Shown in pieces: positions 29,241-39,488 of a stretch of 56,994 nucleotides of DNA; the stretch's first letter is position 1, and each line of letters begins with the position of its first letter. Where the stretch lies: the NCBI GenBank assembly GCA_031263985.1, contig JAISER010000039.1:1-56994 (forward strand), given 5' to 3'. The notes below the pieces were generated by a model. The model did no database searches, had not been told where the DNA came from, and was given only the letters and a program-made list of their open reading frames with translations. The position numbers and the translations under genes are program-made. This DNA comes from Clostridiales bacterium (lineage in GTDB: Bacteria > Bacillota > Clostridia > Lachnospirales > JAISER01).

Positions 29241-29242
29241 CT

Positions 29243-30493
29243 TTATGACTTTTTTGGATAGTCATCTATTCTAAAGACTTCATCCAACGGCAAGTTCGAC
29301 GTTTCGCCCGTTTTCATGTTTTTTACGGACGCCGATCCGGTAATAAGCTCATTTTCGCCTATTATCACGCAGTAATTAGCGCCTATTCTGTCGGCGTGTT
29401 TGAGCTGCGCCTTTACGCCGCGCCCCATGATGTCAGTCTCCGCGGAGAAACCTCTCGCGCGGAGTCCGGCGGCTATTTCACGCGCTTTATATACGCCTCG
29501 CTCGCCTAACGATCCCACGTAGAACTCGACCGAATCCTTTTCATCGTCGTCGGGCATGGACATCATAATGCGCTCTATGCCGACGGCGAAACCGACGGCG
29601 CCCATATCAGGCCCGCCAAGCCCTGATATAAGCCCGTCGTAGCGTCCGCCGCCGCAAACGCTTCCTTGCGCCCCTATGTCGTCGCTGACGAATTCAAACA
29701 CTGTGCGCGTGTAATAATCCAACCCTCTTACCATCTTGGGCGAAACTTCATACTTCACACCCACGGAGTCCAGACAGCGCTTTACGGTTTCAAAATGCGA
29801 AAGGCATTCTTTGTCCAGCGTTTCTATGGGCGAAGGCGCGTCTTTTATTATTTCGCCGCAGTCGGGATTTTTGCAATCTAACGCGCGCAGCGGGTTTTTT
29901 TCAAACCGCTCTCGGCACGTCGGGCAGAGGTTGTCTAAATTATTCTTTAAAAACCCCTTTAAAACGCCGTTATACTTCTCACGGCGCTCAGCGCGGCCCA
30001 AGCTGTTTATGCAAAGCCTTACATTGTCAAGCCCTAACCTCGACAAAACGGTTCGCGCAAGCTCAATCACTTCCGCGTCAGCCTCCGGATTTTTAGAGCC
30101 GTAATATTCCGCGCCAAACTGATGAAATTGTCTAAGCCGTCCGGCTTGCGGCCTTTCATAGCGAAAGCAGGGGGATATATAAAAAAACTTACGCGGCAAA
30201 ACGTCGGCGTAGAGAGAGCGCTCTATAAACGCGCGGACAGCGGGCGCGGTTTCCTCGGGCTTAAGCGTTAAGCTGCGTCCGCCCTTGTCGGTAAACGTAT
30301 ACATCTCTTTTTGGACGATATCAGTCGTCCCGCCGGCGCTTCTTGAAAAAAGCTCAGTATATTCAAAAACAGGCGTACGTATCTCGCCGACGTGAAATTC
30401 CGCGCACACGGCGCGCGCCGCGTTTTCGATTTTGAGCCACTTAGCCATATCCCGGCCGTAAAGATCCTTCGCGCCTTTAACAGCCCGTATCAT
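29243..30493 (-). CDS. hisS: Histidine--tRNA ligase
   Basis: DIVQKEMYTF, FRYERPQAGRLRQFHQ, VRGLDYY, GGGRYDGL. Confidence 0.97.
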   Translation of the reverse strand: MIRAVKGAKDLYGRDMAKWLKIENAARAVCAEFHVGEIRTPVFEYTELFSRSAGGTTDIVQKEMYTFTDKGGRSLTLKPEETAPAVRAFIERSLYADVLPRKFFYISPCFRYERPQAGRLRQFHQFGAEYYGSKNPEADAEVIELARTVLSRLGLDNVRLCINSLGRAERREKYNGVLKGFLKNNLDNLCPTCRERFEKNPLRALDCKNPDCGEIIKDAPSPIETLDKECLSHFETVKRCLDSVGVKYEVSPKMVRGLDYYTRTVFEFVSDDIGAQGSVCGGGRYDGLISGLGGPDMGAVGFAVGIERIMMSMPDDDEKDSVEFYVGSLGERGVYKAREIAAGLRARGFSAETDIMGRGVKAQLKHADRIGANYCVIIGENELITGSASVKNMKTGETSNLPLDEVFRIDDYPKKS

Positions 30494-31923
30494 CCTAAAA
30501 ACCTCCCGGCAAACTTTTCCTTGCGTTTAATCATCTCGTCAAAGCGCGCGATATACTCATCGGCGTTTTTTACGTTCGCCACGCGCTCCAGCTTGTTTTC
30601 GGCGGGTTCGTAAATTTTAGCGACAGCCCCGGCTCCGAGCGAAATTATCGTCTGGCCGTCGCTTATCATGCGCACGTTGTATACGCATTCGCGGCCTTCT
30701 TTGCAATACCCGACGTTTTCAAACTGGCCTACCATATTTTTCTGCCTGTACATGTAGTAGGGCGAAAGTCCCATTTCTTTGGCGGAGATCCGCGCGACCG
30801 CTATCATGTCGTCCGGCTTGGGGAAATTTCCAGGGCTTTTGTTCTCGCCGTCCAGCGTCTCGCGAAGCCTCGACGCGCGTTTTATAGCGAGCGTATGCAC
30901 GGTGACGCTTTCGGGCGACAGTTTCGCCAAAACGCTCATCGTCCGTTTTACGGTGTCCGCCGTTTCGCCGTCAAAGCCCACTATAATATCCGCGTTTATG
31001 TTATGGAAGCCCATTTCGCGCGCTAAATTAAACGCGCGTATAAAGCTCTCGGCTGTGTGCCCGCGCCCTATAGCTTTAAGCGTGCGGTCGTCAAGCGTCT
31101 GGGGATTGATCGCTATGCGCGTGACGCCGCGCTTTTTTAAAGTTTTCAGCTTTTCTTTCGTTATGGTGTCCGGTCTGCCGGCCTCCACCGTCAATTCCTC
31201 CGTTTTGGACAAATCGAACGTTTCGCCCAAAAAGCCAAGCGTACGGTCCAACGTTTTCGCGTCGAGCGCGGTCGGCGTGCCGCCGCCGACGTAAACGCTT
31301 TCCGGCGCGTTAAACCCCAGCCCCGCCGTAAACCGCGCCTCTTTCTCCAGACACGCCACATAATCGTCTATTTTATCATAATACTTAGATATGTCGTTCG
31401 ACACGAACGAACAGTAGAGACAGCGCGTCGGACAGAACGGAATCGATACGTAGAGGCCGAACCCGCCCGGCCCGCGCGCCAATATCTTTCGCTCCGCCCG
31501 CGCCGTTTCCATAGTGAGCGCGATTTTGTCCCGGCTCATATCGAACTCTTTTTCAAGATAGGTCTCTATATCCTCGTCGGAAAGCCCGGTTTTCGCGTGT
31601 ACGAGAGATGTCGGCCTTATGCCGGTGAACTTGCCCCACGCCAGCTTTTGACCGCTGTATGCGCCCAGAACGCGGTAAACGGAGTTTTTGACCGAGGCGC
31701 GCTCGCCGCCCTCAATTTCGCCTGTATAGCGACCGATAACGACGCCGTCGGAGTAAAGCGCCGCGCCGCATTTTTCATCTTCGATAAAACTCTCTATCGC
31801 TAAACCTTTCGTAAACGGCAGCTCTTCTTTTTTTACGCTTGTGAAACGTTCCATAGGGTAAAACGCCTGGCACATGGTCTGAAGCTCATGAAGATATTCA
31901 TGCCCCTTCGCGACATACAGCAT
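30490..31923 (-). CDS. hemZ: HemZ, coproporphyrinogen dehydrogenase-like radical SAM protein
   Basis: WG..TGIRP, CPTRCLYC, YVGGGTP, TVEAGRPD, PYYMYRQK. Confidence 0.9.
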   Translation of the reverse strand: MLYVAKGHEYLHELQTMCQAFYPMERFTSVKKEELPFTKGLAIESFIEDEKCGAALYSDGVVIGRYTGEIEGGERASVKNSVYRVLGAYSGQKLAWGKFTGIRPTSLVHAKTGLSDEDIETYLEKEFDMSRDKIALTMETARAERKILARGPGGFGLYVSIPFCPTRCLYCSFVSNDISKYYDKIDDYVACLEKEARFTAGLGFNAPESVYVGGGTPTALDAKTLDRTLGFLGETFDLSKTEELTVEAGRPDTITKEKLKTLKKRGVTRIAINPQTLDDRTLKAIGRGHTAESFIRAFNLAREMGFHNINADIIVGFDGETADTVKRTMSVLAKLSPESVTVHTLAIKRASRLRETLDGENKSPGNFPKPDDMIAVARISAKEMGLSPYYMYRQKNMVGQFENVGYCKEGRECVYNVRMISDGQTIISLGAGAVAKIYEPAENKLERVANVKNADEYIARFDEMIKRKEKFAGRFLG

Positions 31924-32552
31924 CAGCGTCTAAAAAACGGATTGTTGGTCGATTCAAACCCTATCGTCGTAGGTTCTCCGTGTCCGGGATACGCCGTGAC
32001 GTCGCCGGGCAAAACGAATAATCTGTTTTTGACCGAGTTAAAAAGCGCGGACCCGTCTCCGCCGTATAAGTCCGTGCGCCCTATAGATAGAGCGAACAGC
32101 GTATCTCCGGAAAAAAGCGTCTTGTCTTTTTCGGAATAGTAGCATACGCCGCCCTTTGAATGCCCCGGCGTATGTATAGTTTTCAAGACGCCGCCGCCAA
32201 ACTCGATTTCGTCGCCATCGTTTAGCAATTTGTCGGGGACGATTTTGAAGCTTCGGCCCGCGCCGACGTATGAGTAATTTTTAGCGCTGTCAGCCAGCAT
32301 TTCGGCCTCCGCCGCGAAGGCGATTACGGGCGCGTCGAATTTGTCCCTTAGCGCTTCCGCGCCCATAAAATGGTCAAAATGCCCGTGCGTGAGCAATATC
32401 GCTTTAAGCGTAAGATTTTTGCGGTCGATGAAGTCGGCGACGCGATGTTCTTCGCCGCCGGGGTCGATCGCGACGCATTCGCGCGATTCGTCGTCGTAAT
32501 AGACATAGCAGTTTTCTTGTATAGGCTCTATGACGAAAGTTTCAATTTTCAA
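31923..32552 (-). CDS. MBL-fold metallo-hydrolase (glyoxalase II-like)
   Basis: THGHFDH, TPGHS.G, SGDTLF, PGHG. Confidence 0.9.
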   Translation of the reverse strand: MKIETFVIEPIQENCYVYYDDESRECVAIDPGGEEHRVADFIDRKNLTLKAILLTHGHFDHFMGAEALRDKFDAPVIAFAAEAEMLADSAKNYSYVGAGRSFKIVPDKLLNDGDEIEFGGGVLKTIHTPGHSKGGVCYYSEKDKTLFSGDTLFALSIGRTDLYGGDGSALFNSVKNRLFVLPGDVTAYPGHGEPTTIGFESTNNPFFRR

Positions 32553-32600
32553 GCTATCACGTCTCTTTCTGAATTATGTCCCTTCAGCGTTCTCGAGGTT

Positions 32601-34886
32601 TTACGACATGGCCCTGTCAATATCGCGTACGCCGGGCAAATTGAGAAGACGCTTATTAACGCGCTCGAGCTGAGTGCGGCTTGATATAAGGAGACCGATA
32701 TCGTAAATGGCCGTCGCTCCGCTGTTGGCGGTTCGGGCGTTGAGCGCTTGCACGGGGATGCGTTCTTCGGATATGACGCGCGATATGTCAGTCAGCATAT
32801 CGAGCCGATTTTCGCTTACGATTTTTATTTCAGCGCGATAGGTGACATTGTCGGCGTCTTTGTCATACATGCGCCATTCGGCGTCTATGAGTCTTTGACG
32901 ATCGATTTCATCCATGTTCAGTATGTTTACGCAGTCTGAGCGATGTATGGACACGCCGCGTCCGCGCGTCACGAAGCCGACGATTTCATCGCCGGGCACC
33001 GGACTGCAACATTTTGAAAAACGCACGTCGATGTCGCCGATGCCTCGAACGGTTATGCCGCTCTTTCTTTTATGTCTTTTTTCAACGGCGTCGTCATAGT
33101 CGCTCTTTAAAAGCTCCGGCTGTCGGTTTTTTTCATTTTCCTTGAGGCGTTCTTCCACAAGGCGGTTAATTACCTGGCCTTCTTTAAGCCCGCCATAGCC
33201 TATTACCGCGCAAAGCGCGTCCCAACCGTTAAGGCTGAACTTGTTGAGCGTCAGACGCTTGCGTTCGTCGCTGAGCAGGTCGGACAGGGCGTAACCCTTG
33301 CGCGCCGCTTCTTTTTCGAGCGCTTCGCGTCCCTTTAGTATATTTTCTTCTTTGTTTTGTTTCTTAAACCATTGATTGATCTTGCTTTTGGCCTGCGTCG
33401 TTTTGGCTATCGAAAGCCAGTCGGCGCTGGGGCCTTTTGAGTTTTGGCTTGTTATGATTTCGACGCGGTCGCCGGAATTGAGCTGGAAGTTGAAAGTGAC
33501 TATTTTGCCGTTGACGCGGGCGCCGATCATTTTGTTTCCTATGGCCGTGTGTATGGCGTAGGCGAAGTCTATCGGCGTGGAACCGCGCGACAGGCCGATT
33601 ATCTCGCCTTTGGGAGTAAAGCAGTATACATGGTCGGCGAACACGTTTAAATCGACTTTTATCGCGTCCAAAAACTCGTGGTTGTCAGACAAGTCTTTTT
33701 GCCATTCTAAAATTTGCCTGAGCCATGTTAGCTTTTCTTCTTCGCTGCTGGCTTTTATTTTACCGTCCATTCCTTCTTTATATCGCCAATGAGCGGCTAT
33801 GCCGTATTCCGCCGTGCGGTGCATCTCCCTCGTGCGCATCTGCACTTCCACCGGCTCCCCTTCAGGGCCTATGATGACCGTATGAAGGGATTGGTACATG
33901 TTGGGCTTCGGCATGGCGATGTAGTCTTTAAACCGGCCGGGGATAGGCGTGTACATCTCGTGAACGACGCCAAGGCACTCATAGCAGTCCTTATGGTCGT
34001 TGACTATTATGCGTACGGCGAACAGGTCGTAGATTTGATCCAGCGTTTTGTCCTGGCGTTTCATCTTTCGGTATATGCTGAAAAAATGTTTGGGCCGGCC
34101 GTCTACGGTGGCTTCTATGCCGTTTTGATGTATTCTGGAGGATATTTCGGAGACTATCTTTTGTATATAGGCTTGGCGCTCGGACTGCTTCCGGCTCACT
34201 TTGTCGGCGAGGTCAAAGTAAGCGTCCGCGTTTAAATAGCGAAAGGACAAGTCCTCCATCTCGTTGCGCAGCTTCGATATGCCGAGACGATGCGCCAGCG
34301 GACAGTATATGTCAAGGGTTTCCTGCGCTTTTTCCTTTTGCTTTTCCGCGCTCATGTGCTTTAGCGTCCGCATGTTATGCAGCCTGTCCGCTATTTTTAT
34401 CAATATGACGCGAATGTCTTTAGCCATAGCGATAAACATCTTGCGATAGTTTTCCGCCTGCAATTCCTCGCGGTAATTCTTGTCGCGCGCTTTATCCATT
34501 ATTATGTCATCAAACGTGATCGAGTCATCTTCCGGTTGGTTGGACTTGAAGTTGACTTCGATATTTTCAAGCTTCGTGACGCCTTCCACAATATCGGCGA
34601 CTTCAGAGCCGAACATCATCTCGATGTCTTTATATTCGTATTCCGTGTCCTCTATAACGTCGTGCAGTATGCCGGCGACTATGGACTCTATGTCAAGCTC
34701 GAGATCGGCGAGTATATACGCTACCGACAGCGGGTGAATGATGTATGGTTCGCCAGACTTGCGAATTTGCGTGCCATGCGCTTGCTGCGCGATGATAAAC
34801 GCTTTTTCGACCCGAGAAAGATCGGTTGACGGGTGGTATTCCTTTATGCGTCTTATCAGTTTTTCGAATATCTCGTTATGCTCCAT
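32601..34886 (-). CDS. relA: Bifunctional (p)ppGpp synthetase/hydrolase Rel
   Basis: R.SGEPYIIHP, HDVIED, ADRLHNMRTL, RFKDYIA.PKPN.YQSLHT, TGS and ACT domains; start at 34886 fits the RBS spacing. Confidence 0.97.
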   Translation of the reverse strand: MEHNEIFEKLIRRIKEYHPSTDLSRVEKAFIIAQQAHGTQIRKSGEPYIIHPLSVAYILADLELDIESIVAGILHDVIEDTEYEYKDIEMMFGSEVADIVEGVTKLENIEVNFKSNQPEDDSITFDDIIMDKARDKNYREELQAENYRKMFIAMAKDIRVILIKIADRLHNMRTLKHMSAEKQKEKAQETLDIYCPLAHRLGISKLRNEMEDLSFRYLNADAYFDLADKVSRKQSERQAYIQKIVSEISSRIHQNGIEATVDGRPKHFFSIYRKMKRQDKTLDQIYDLFAVRIIVNDHKDCYECLGVVHEMYTPIPGRFKDYIAMPKPNMYQSLHTVIIGPEGEPVEVQMRTREMHRTAEYGIAAHWRYKEGMDGKIKASSEEEKLTWLRQILEWQKDLSDNHEFLDAIKVDLNVFADHVYCFTPKGEIIGLSRGSTPIDFAYAIHTAIGNKMIGARVNGKIVTFNFQLNSGDRVEIITSQNSKGPSADWLSIAKTTQAKSKINQWFKKQNKEENILKGREALEKEAARKGYALSDLLSDERKRLTLNKFSLNGWDALCAVIGYGGLKEGQVINRLVEERLKENEKNRQPELLKSDYDDAVEKRHKRKSGITVRGIGDIDVRFSKCCSPVPGDEIVGFVTRGRGVSIHRSDCVNILNMDEIDRQRLIDAEWRMYDKDADNVTYRAEIKIVSENRLDMLTDISRVISEERIPVQALNARTANSGATAIYDIGLLISSRTQLERVNKRLLNLPGVRDIDRAMS

Positions 34887-34919
34887 AATCATTCACCTCC
34901 TTAGCGTCATGATCTTAGC

Positions 34920-36353
34920 TTACAGACGTTTTAACAATTCAAGGGTATATTCCCATGTTCGTTCCAGCGACGAGAGAGAGAGCCTTTCGTCGGGAGAATG
35001 CGCGCCGGTTATGTTAGGCCCAAGCGAGATCATATCCGCGTTTTCGAGCTTTTCTCCGAAAACGGCGCATTCAAGCCCGGCGTGAATGATCTCAGCGGAC
35101 GGCTCTTCGCCGTACAGGTCTTTGTAGGCGACCGCCGCCGTATCGCGCAGCGGCGAATTCTCACGGTATTCCCATGACGGATATTCGTTATAGACCTCCA
35201 GCTCACCACCCAGCGTTTTCGCCAAAAGTCTCAGCTTATCCGTAATGAAGCCTATCTTGGAGTTGACCGAGCTGCGCGGCGCGAGCGTAGCCGTGAACAG
35301 GCCGTTTTCCGTTCGGGCGACGCCCACGTTGCATGACGTCTCGACAAAATCGCCGCGCATATCAATTACGCCGTTCGGAGGCAGAAGGATGGAGGCCAAT
35401 ACTTTTTCCGCCGTTTCCTCAGTGAAAGCCAAGGCTTCGTCTTCGTCGCCCGCCGGCGCGAGTTCGAAATTGATTTTAACGTCTTTATCTTCACGAAATT
35501 CTTTAGAGAAGCGCTCTTCGGCCCGCGATAAAACGCCTCTGACAGCTTCTTCCCGTTCTTTGGGGAAATATATGAAGGCGGAGCATTCGCGCGGTATCGC
35601 GTTGTCTTTGGAGCCGCCGTTTAAGCCGTAAAACGACGCGCCAGTCTCTTCGATAAGCTTTGAGAGCGCGCGGGCGGCGAGGATGTTGGCGTTGGCCCTT
35701 CCGTCTTTTATATTTATGCCGGAATGGCCGCCGCGAAGCCCGTTTATCTCCATGCGGGCGCGGGCCAGCCCGTTCGCCGGAAACGTCGTCGTCCTGATTT
35801 TAATAAGCGATAGCGCGCCGCCCGAACAGCCGGCGATAATTACATCGTCGTTCTCCGAGTCCAAATTTATTACGCGCCGGGAGCGTATATTAGCGGCGTC
35901 AAGCTTTTTCGCGCCGGTCATGCCTATTTCCTCGTCAACGGTGAACAGCGCCTCTATGGGCGGGTGGTCATAGTCGCCCGCGAGCGCGGCCAGCATGATC
36001 GCTTCGCCGGCGCCGTTGTCAGCGCCGAGCGACGTGCCGTCGGCTTTTATAAAGTCGCCCTCGATCTTAACGTTAAGAGGATCCGCGTTAAAATCGAAGA
36101 CGACGTCGCCGCGTTTGTCGCACACCATGTCTATATGCGCCTGCAACAGAACCGGATCGGAACCTTCGCGGCCTTTCGAAGCTGGTTTTTTGACTAACAC
36201 GTTGTAATGCTCGTCTTGTTCCGCCCACAGCCCGAGTTCGCGCGCGAAGCTCAAAATTCGGTCGCTTAAAGCTTTTTCGTTTCCGCTGCCGTGAGGGACG
36301 CGACAAAGCTCTTTAAAGTAATCGAGCGGCGTCTGGCAATCACTAAAACTCAT
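34920..36353 (-). CDS. pepD: Aminoacyl-histidine dipeptidase (M20 family)
   Basis: QAHIDMV, LGADNG, TVDEE.GM.GA, GGHSG, IHAGLEC, AHSPDE. Confidence 0.92.
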   Translation of the reverse strand: MSFSDCQTPLDYFKELCRVPHGSGNEKALSDRILSFARELGLWAEQDEHYNVLVKKPASKGREGSDPVLLQAHIDMVCDKRGDVVFDFNADPLNVKIEGDFIKADGTSLGADNGAGEAIMLAALAGDYDHPPIEALFTVDEEIGMTGAKKLDAANIRSRRVINLDSENDDVIIAGCSGGALSLIKIRTTTFPANGLARARMEINGLRGGHSGINIKDGRANANILAARALSKLIEETGASFYGLNGGSKDNAIPRECSAFIYFPKEREEAVRGVLSRAEERFSKEFREDKDVKINFELAPAGDEDEALAFTEETAEKVLASILLPPNGVIDMRGDFVETSCNVGVARTENGLFTATLAPRSSVNSKIGFITDKLRLLAKTLGGELEVYNEYPSWEYRENSPLRDTAAVAYKDLYGEEPSAEIIHAGLECAVFGEKLENADMISLGPNITGAHSPDERLSLSSLERTWEYTLELLKRL

Positions 36354-36584
36354 AAAAACCACATCCTAGATTTATAGGCTTTAAAACCGCTTTTCACGCG
36401 ATTCGCGGCGGCTTTATTATTTATTAATTAGTATGCGATTCTATCACATTTCGCATCATATAACAACAACTATTTATTACGCGCGTTTATTGGAGAACTT
36501 GAGCGCAACGCGTCATCTCCCGTCGATATTCGGCGTTTTAAGGCGCCGCGCCGTTGGTCCGCGATTAAAATGTTTGCCAATAAT

Positions 36585-36613
36585 GTATAATATAATGTCA
36601 AAGAGCAATAATA
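36585..36613 (+). promoter_or_regulatory. Putative SigG-type (forespore) promoter
   Basis: GTATA-N17-AATAATA upstream of the 25-aa ORF; the region is AT-rich and also contains TATAAT. Confidence 0.4.
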
Positions 36614-36670
36614 CTCAACGTAGAGGTTATCTCTATAAAAACGTGTCCGCTGAAAGGAGTGAATAAAACG

Positions 36671-36748
36671 ATGGAGAAAAAAGCCAGCGATAAAAAGAGC
36701 GATCGCTCAGATTTTGGCGATGACGTGAACTCAGAAAAGAAAAAGTAA
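36671..36748 (+). CDS. Unannotated 25-aa highly charged peptide
   Basis: RBS AAAGGAGTG; MEKKASDKKSDRSDFGDDVNSEKKK*; has its own terminator. Confidence 0.6.
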   Translation: MEKKASDKKSDRSDFGDDVNSEKKK

Positions 36749-36762
36749 GTTGATTGGCACAT

Positions 36763-36809
36763 AAAAAAAAGACGAACCGGACGCAATGGCGCGCCCGGTT
36801 CGTTTTTTT
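36763..36809 (+). terminator. Intrinsic terminator after the 25-aa ORF
   Basis: A-run, stem ACGAACCGG/CCGGTTCGT, T-run. Confidence 0.75.
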
Positions 36810-36916
36810 GCGGCGATGACGGCGCGCCGCGATTGATTTTTCGCGACTAACCTTGTAATATATAAGTATCGAATTATACCTCAAATCAAAGTGCGAATAA
36901 AGGCGGATGATATCTT

Positions 36917-38845
36917 ATGATAGACGAGCATTATTTAACGTTGCTGGCCAAGGAGTTTCCTAATATCCGAAAAGCGTCCACGGAGATAGTGAACCTTAAC
37001 GCGATTTTGAGCTTGCCGAAAGGCACGGAGTATTTTTTGAGCGATTTGCATGGAGAGCATGAAGCGTTCATACATATGGTGAAAAGCGCGTCCGGAACCA
37101 TACAAGAGAAAGTGGACGATCTGTTCGGCAAGTCGCTTTCCGAGTCCGAGCGTCGTCAGCTCGCCGCCCTCGTGTACAACGCGGAAGCGGAGATAGCGCG
37201 CAGGAAAAAGTCTGAAGAAAATTTTGACGAGTGGTGCAGGATAAGCATATACCGTCTTATAGAGGTGTGCAAGTCCGTATCGACAAAGTATACCCGGTCG
37301 AAGATCAGAAAGCGAATGCCCGTTGATTCGGCGTACATAATGGACGAGCTTTTAAACGCTGACGACGAGATAAACCGCGCCAGATACTATGACGAGATCG
37401 TGAACTCGCTGTTTCAATGCGGTCTGGCGGAGCGGTTTATAATTGAAATAGTGCAGACCATAAGCAGGCTTGTGGTGGACAGGCTTCATATTATAGGAGA
37501 TATTTTCGACAGGGGCGCGCATCCCGACGTAATAATGGACTATCTTATAAATTTTCATGACGTGGATTTTCAATGGGGGAATCACGATATATTGTGGATG
37601 GGCGCGGCGGTCGGCAATGGGGCGTGCATAGCGAACGTCATACGCGGCAACATCAGCTATAACAATTTCGACATGTTGGAGATAGGCTACGGCATAAACC
37701 TGCGCGCGCTGTCGGCTTTCGCGCTCAGCGTTTACAGCGACGATCCTTGCGCGCTTTTCAAGCCGCATTTGCTGGATCAGAACGAATATGACCCCGTTGA
37801 CCCGGAACTGACGGCGAAAATGCATAAAGCCATCGCTATAATACAGTTTAAGCTGGAGGGGCAGCTTATTAAGAAACGTCCCGAGTATCGAATGGAAGAA
37901 CGGCTGCTGCTCGATAAAATCGACTATGAGGCCGGCGTCATCGAGATAGACGGCGTAAAGCATGAGATGAGGGACAAGTTTTTTCCGACTATAGATCCGA
38001 AATCGCCGTATACTCTTACAAAGGAAGAAGAAAATCTTATGAACGCGGTGCAGGCGTCGTTCCTTAGAAGCGAAAAGCTGCAAAAGCACATACGCTTTTT
38101 GTTCAGTCACGGATCTATGTACAAAATAGTTAACGGCAATCTGCTTTATCACGGTTGCGTACCGTTTACCGAGGACGGCGAATTCGACGCGTTTGACGCT
38201 GGCGGCGTTTCCGTGTTCGGCAAATCTTACATGGACTATCTTGATGAAAAGGTAAGACGGGCCTATTTTGACAAAGAAGGGTCCGGAGACATCATGTGGA
38301 ACTTGTGGTGCGGGAGCAAGTCGCCTCTTTTCGGCAAAGATCGAATAACGACGTTTGAGCGCTATTTTATCGCTGACAAATCGACGCACAAGGAAAAAAC
38401 CGCGCCCTATTACAAGTTGGTGAACAACAAAGAGATATGCGCGAAAATATTGCGCGAATTCGGACTGGCCCCGGACACCTCACGCATATTGAACGGACAT
38501 GTGCCGGTCAAGAGGAAAGACGGGGAAAGCCCTATAAAAGGCGACGGGCTACTGTTTTTCATTGACGGCGGCATATCGAAGGCATACCGCAAGACGACCG
38601 GCATCGCCGGATATACGTTTATCTTCAACTCCAGGTACATGGCGCTGGCGGAACATAAGCCGTATACTCCAATAGACGACGACGGCGAGCAGACGTTTGA
38701 TACGCCGCTAATAAAAATCGTCGAGCGGCTGAGACATAGAATGACGGTCAAAAACACCGATATAGGCAAGGAACTTGAGCGGAAGATTACGGAGCTTACC
38801 GCGCTGGTGGAGGCTTTTCGCAGAGGCGCTATTAAACAGAGATGA
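36917..38845 (+). CDS. fbp: Fructose-1,6-bisphosphatase class 3 (Firmicute type)
   Basis: LPKGTEYFLSDLHGE, GDIFDRG, QWGNHD, YHGC.P, NGHVPVK, IDGG.SKAY. Confidence 0.95.
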   Translation: MIDEHYLTLLAKEFPNIRKASTEIVNLNAILSLPKGTEYFLSDLHGEHEAFIHMVKSASGTIQEKVDDLFGKSLSESERRQLAALVYNAEAEIARRKKSEENFDEWCRISIYRLIEVCKSVSTKYTRSKIRKRMPVDSAYIMDELLNADDEINRARYYDEIVNSLFQCGLAERFIIEIVQTISRLVVDRLHIIGDIFDRGAHPDVIMDYLINFHDVDFQWGNHDILWMGAAVGNGACIANVIRGNISYNNFDMLEIGYGINLRALSAFALSVYSDDPCALFKPHLLDQNEYDPVDPELTAKMHKAIAIIQFKLEGQLIKKRPEYRMEERLLLDKIDYEAGVIEIDGVKHEMRDKFFPTIDPKSPYTLTKEEENLMNAVQASFLRSEKLQKHIRFLFSHGSMYKIVNGNLLYHGCVPFTEDGEFDAFDAGGVSVFGKSYMDYLDEKVRRAYFDKEGSGDIMWNLWCGSKSPLFGKDRITTFERYFIADKSTHKEKTAPYYKLVNNKEICAKILREFGLAPDTSRILNGHVPVKRKDGESPIKGDGLLFFIDGGISKAYRKTTGIAGYTFIFNSRYMALAEHKPYTPIDDDGEQTFDTPLIKIVERLRHRMTVKNTDIGKELERKITELTALVEAFRRGAIKQR

Positions 38846-38880
38846 TTAGGGCCGTGGGCGCTGCCTGTTTTTAGGACCGT

Positions 38881-38932
38881 GGGCGCCGCCCACGCCCGCC
38901 AACTTTTTGAAAAAAGTTGGGCAAAAACTTTC
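38881..38932. repeat. REP-like palindrome after fbp
   Basis: CCAACTTTTTGAAAAAAGTTGG shares the AACTTTTTGAAAAAAGTT core with the 16.9-kb repeats. Confidence 0.6.
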
Positions 38933-39089
38933 GCCGGAAACTTTGTTTCCGGGAAAAGACCGGGGACGTTGTCGCGCTTGCGCAGGTTTGATCGGCGCTG
39001 AGAGGGGCGCGTTCAGTATAACGCGCTCGCTCGTCCGTTGAAAGCGGTTTATGGACAATTGAACTAGAAGAGGGTGAAAGGATTACGTC

Positions 39090-39118
39090 TTGACAACGAC
39101 ATGTTCGACATGTAGAAT
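39090..39118 (+). promoter_or_regulatory. SigA-type promoter upstream of valS
   Basis: TTGACA-N17-TAGAAT. Confidence 0.65.
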
Positions 39119-39299
39119 GTTGGCAAAGCTGTGAGGCGTATTATTTTCCTTAACTTCGCGGTAAAAGCGGCCTGATGCGGCGGCGGTTCCCAATGTGTCG
39201 CGCATGGAATTGATAATGGACTTTCGTGGCGAGAGTTCGTTAAAAATGATTCAAGAGCATCTTAAGTTTTTCAAGAAATTCGCCGATGATCTTTGTAGA

Positions 39300-39488
39300 A
39301 GCGCGTTAGAAAAGCGGAGCGGAAAATGAACCGAAAAGACGCTAAATGGAGATTTTGAACAGGCGCTAAGGAACAGTTCGGAAATAACCTTGACGGTCGG
39401 CTTGTTTTTTTGTCATGTTGTGTTGGCGGAGCTTGCCGTCTTGTCCGACGAGAAGATTCCGTCCGGTTCATTTCTGAACTGCTCCCAA
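39300..39488. mobile_element. Family B right end (to ~39369) abutting a family F MITE-like element (39367-39488)
   Basis: GCGGAAAATGAACCGAAAAGACGCTAAATGGAGATTTTGAACAGGC matches 24677-24721; family F TIRs GGAACAGTTCGGAAAT / ATTTCTGAACTGCTCC. Confidence 0.6.

Noticed and set aside
28716-29242. T-box riboswitch between hisS and aspS; also a 30-aa minus-strand ORF (MDGKGKKSPG...)
   Set aside because: No T-box consensus seen; the space holds a MITE and REP-like palindromes; the small ORF has only a weak GGAG and no other support
37352-38389. 345-aa minus-strand ORF
   Set aside because: Antisense shadow of the well-supported fbp; no recognisable motifs
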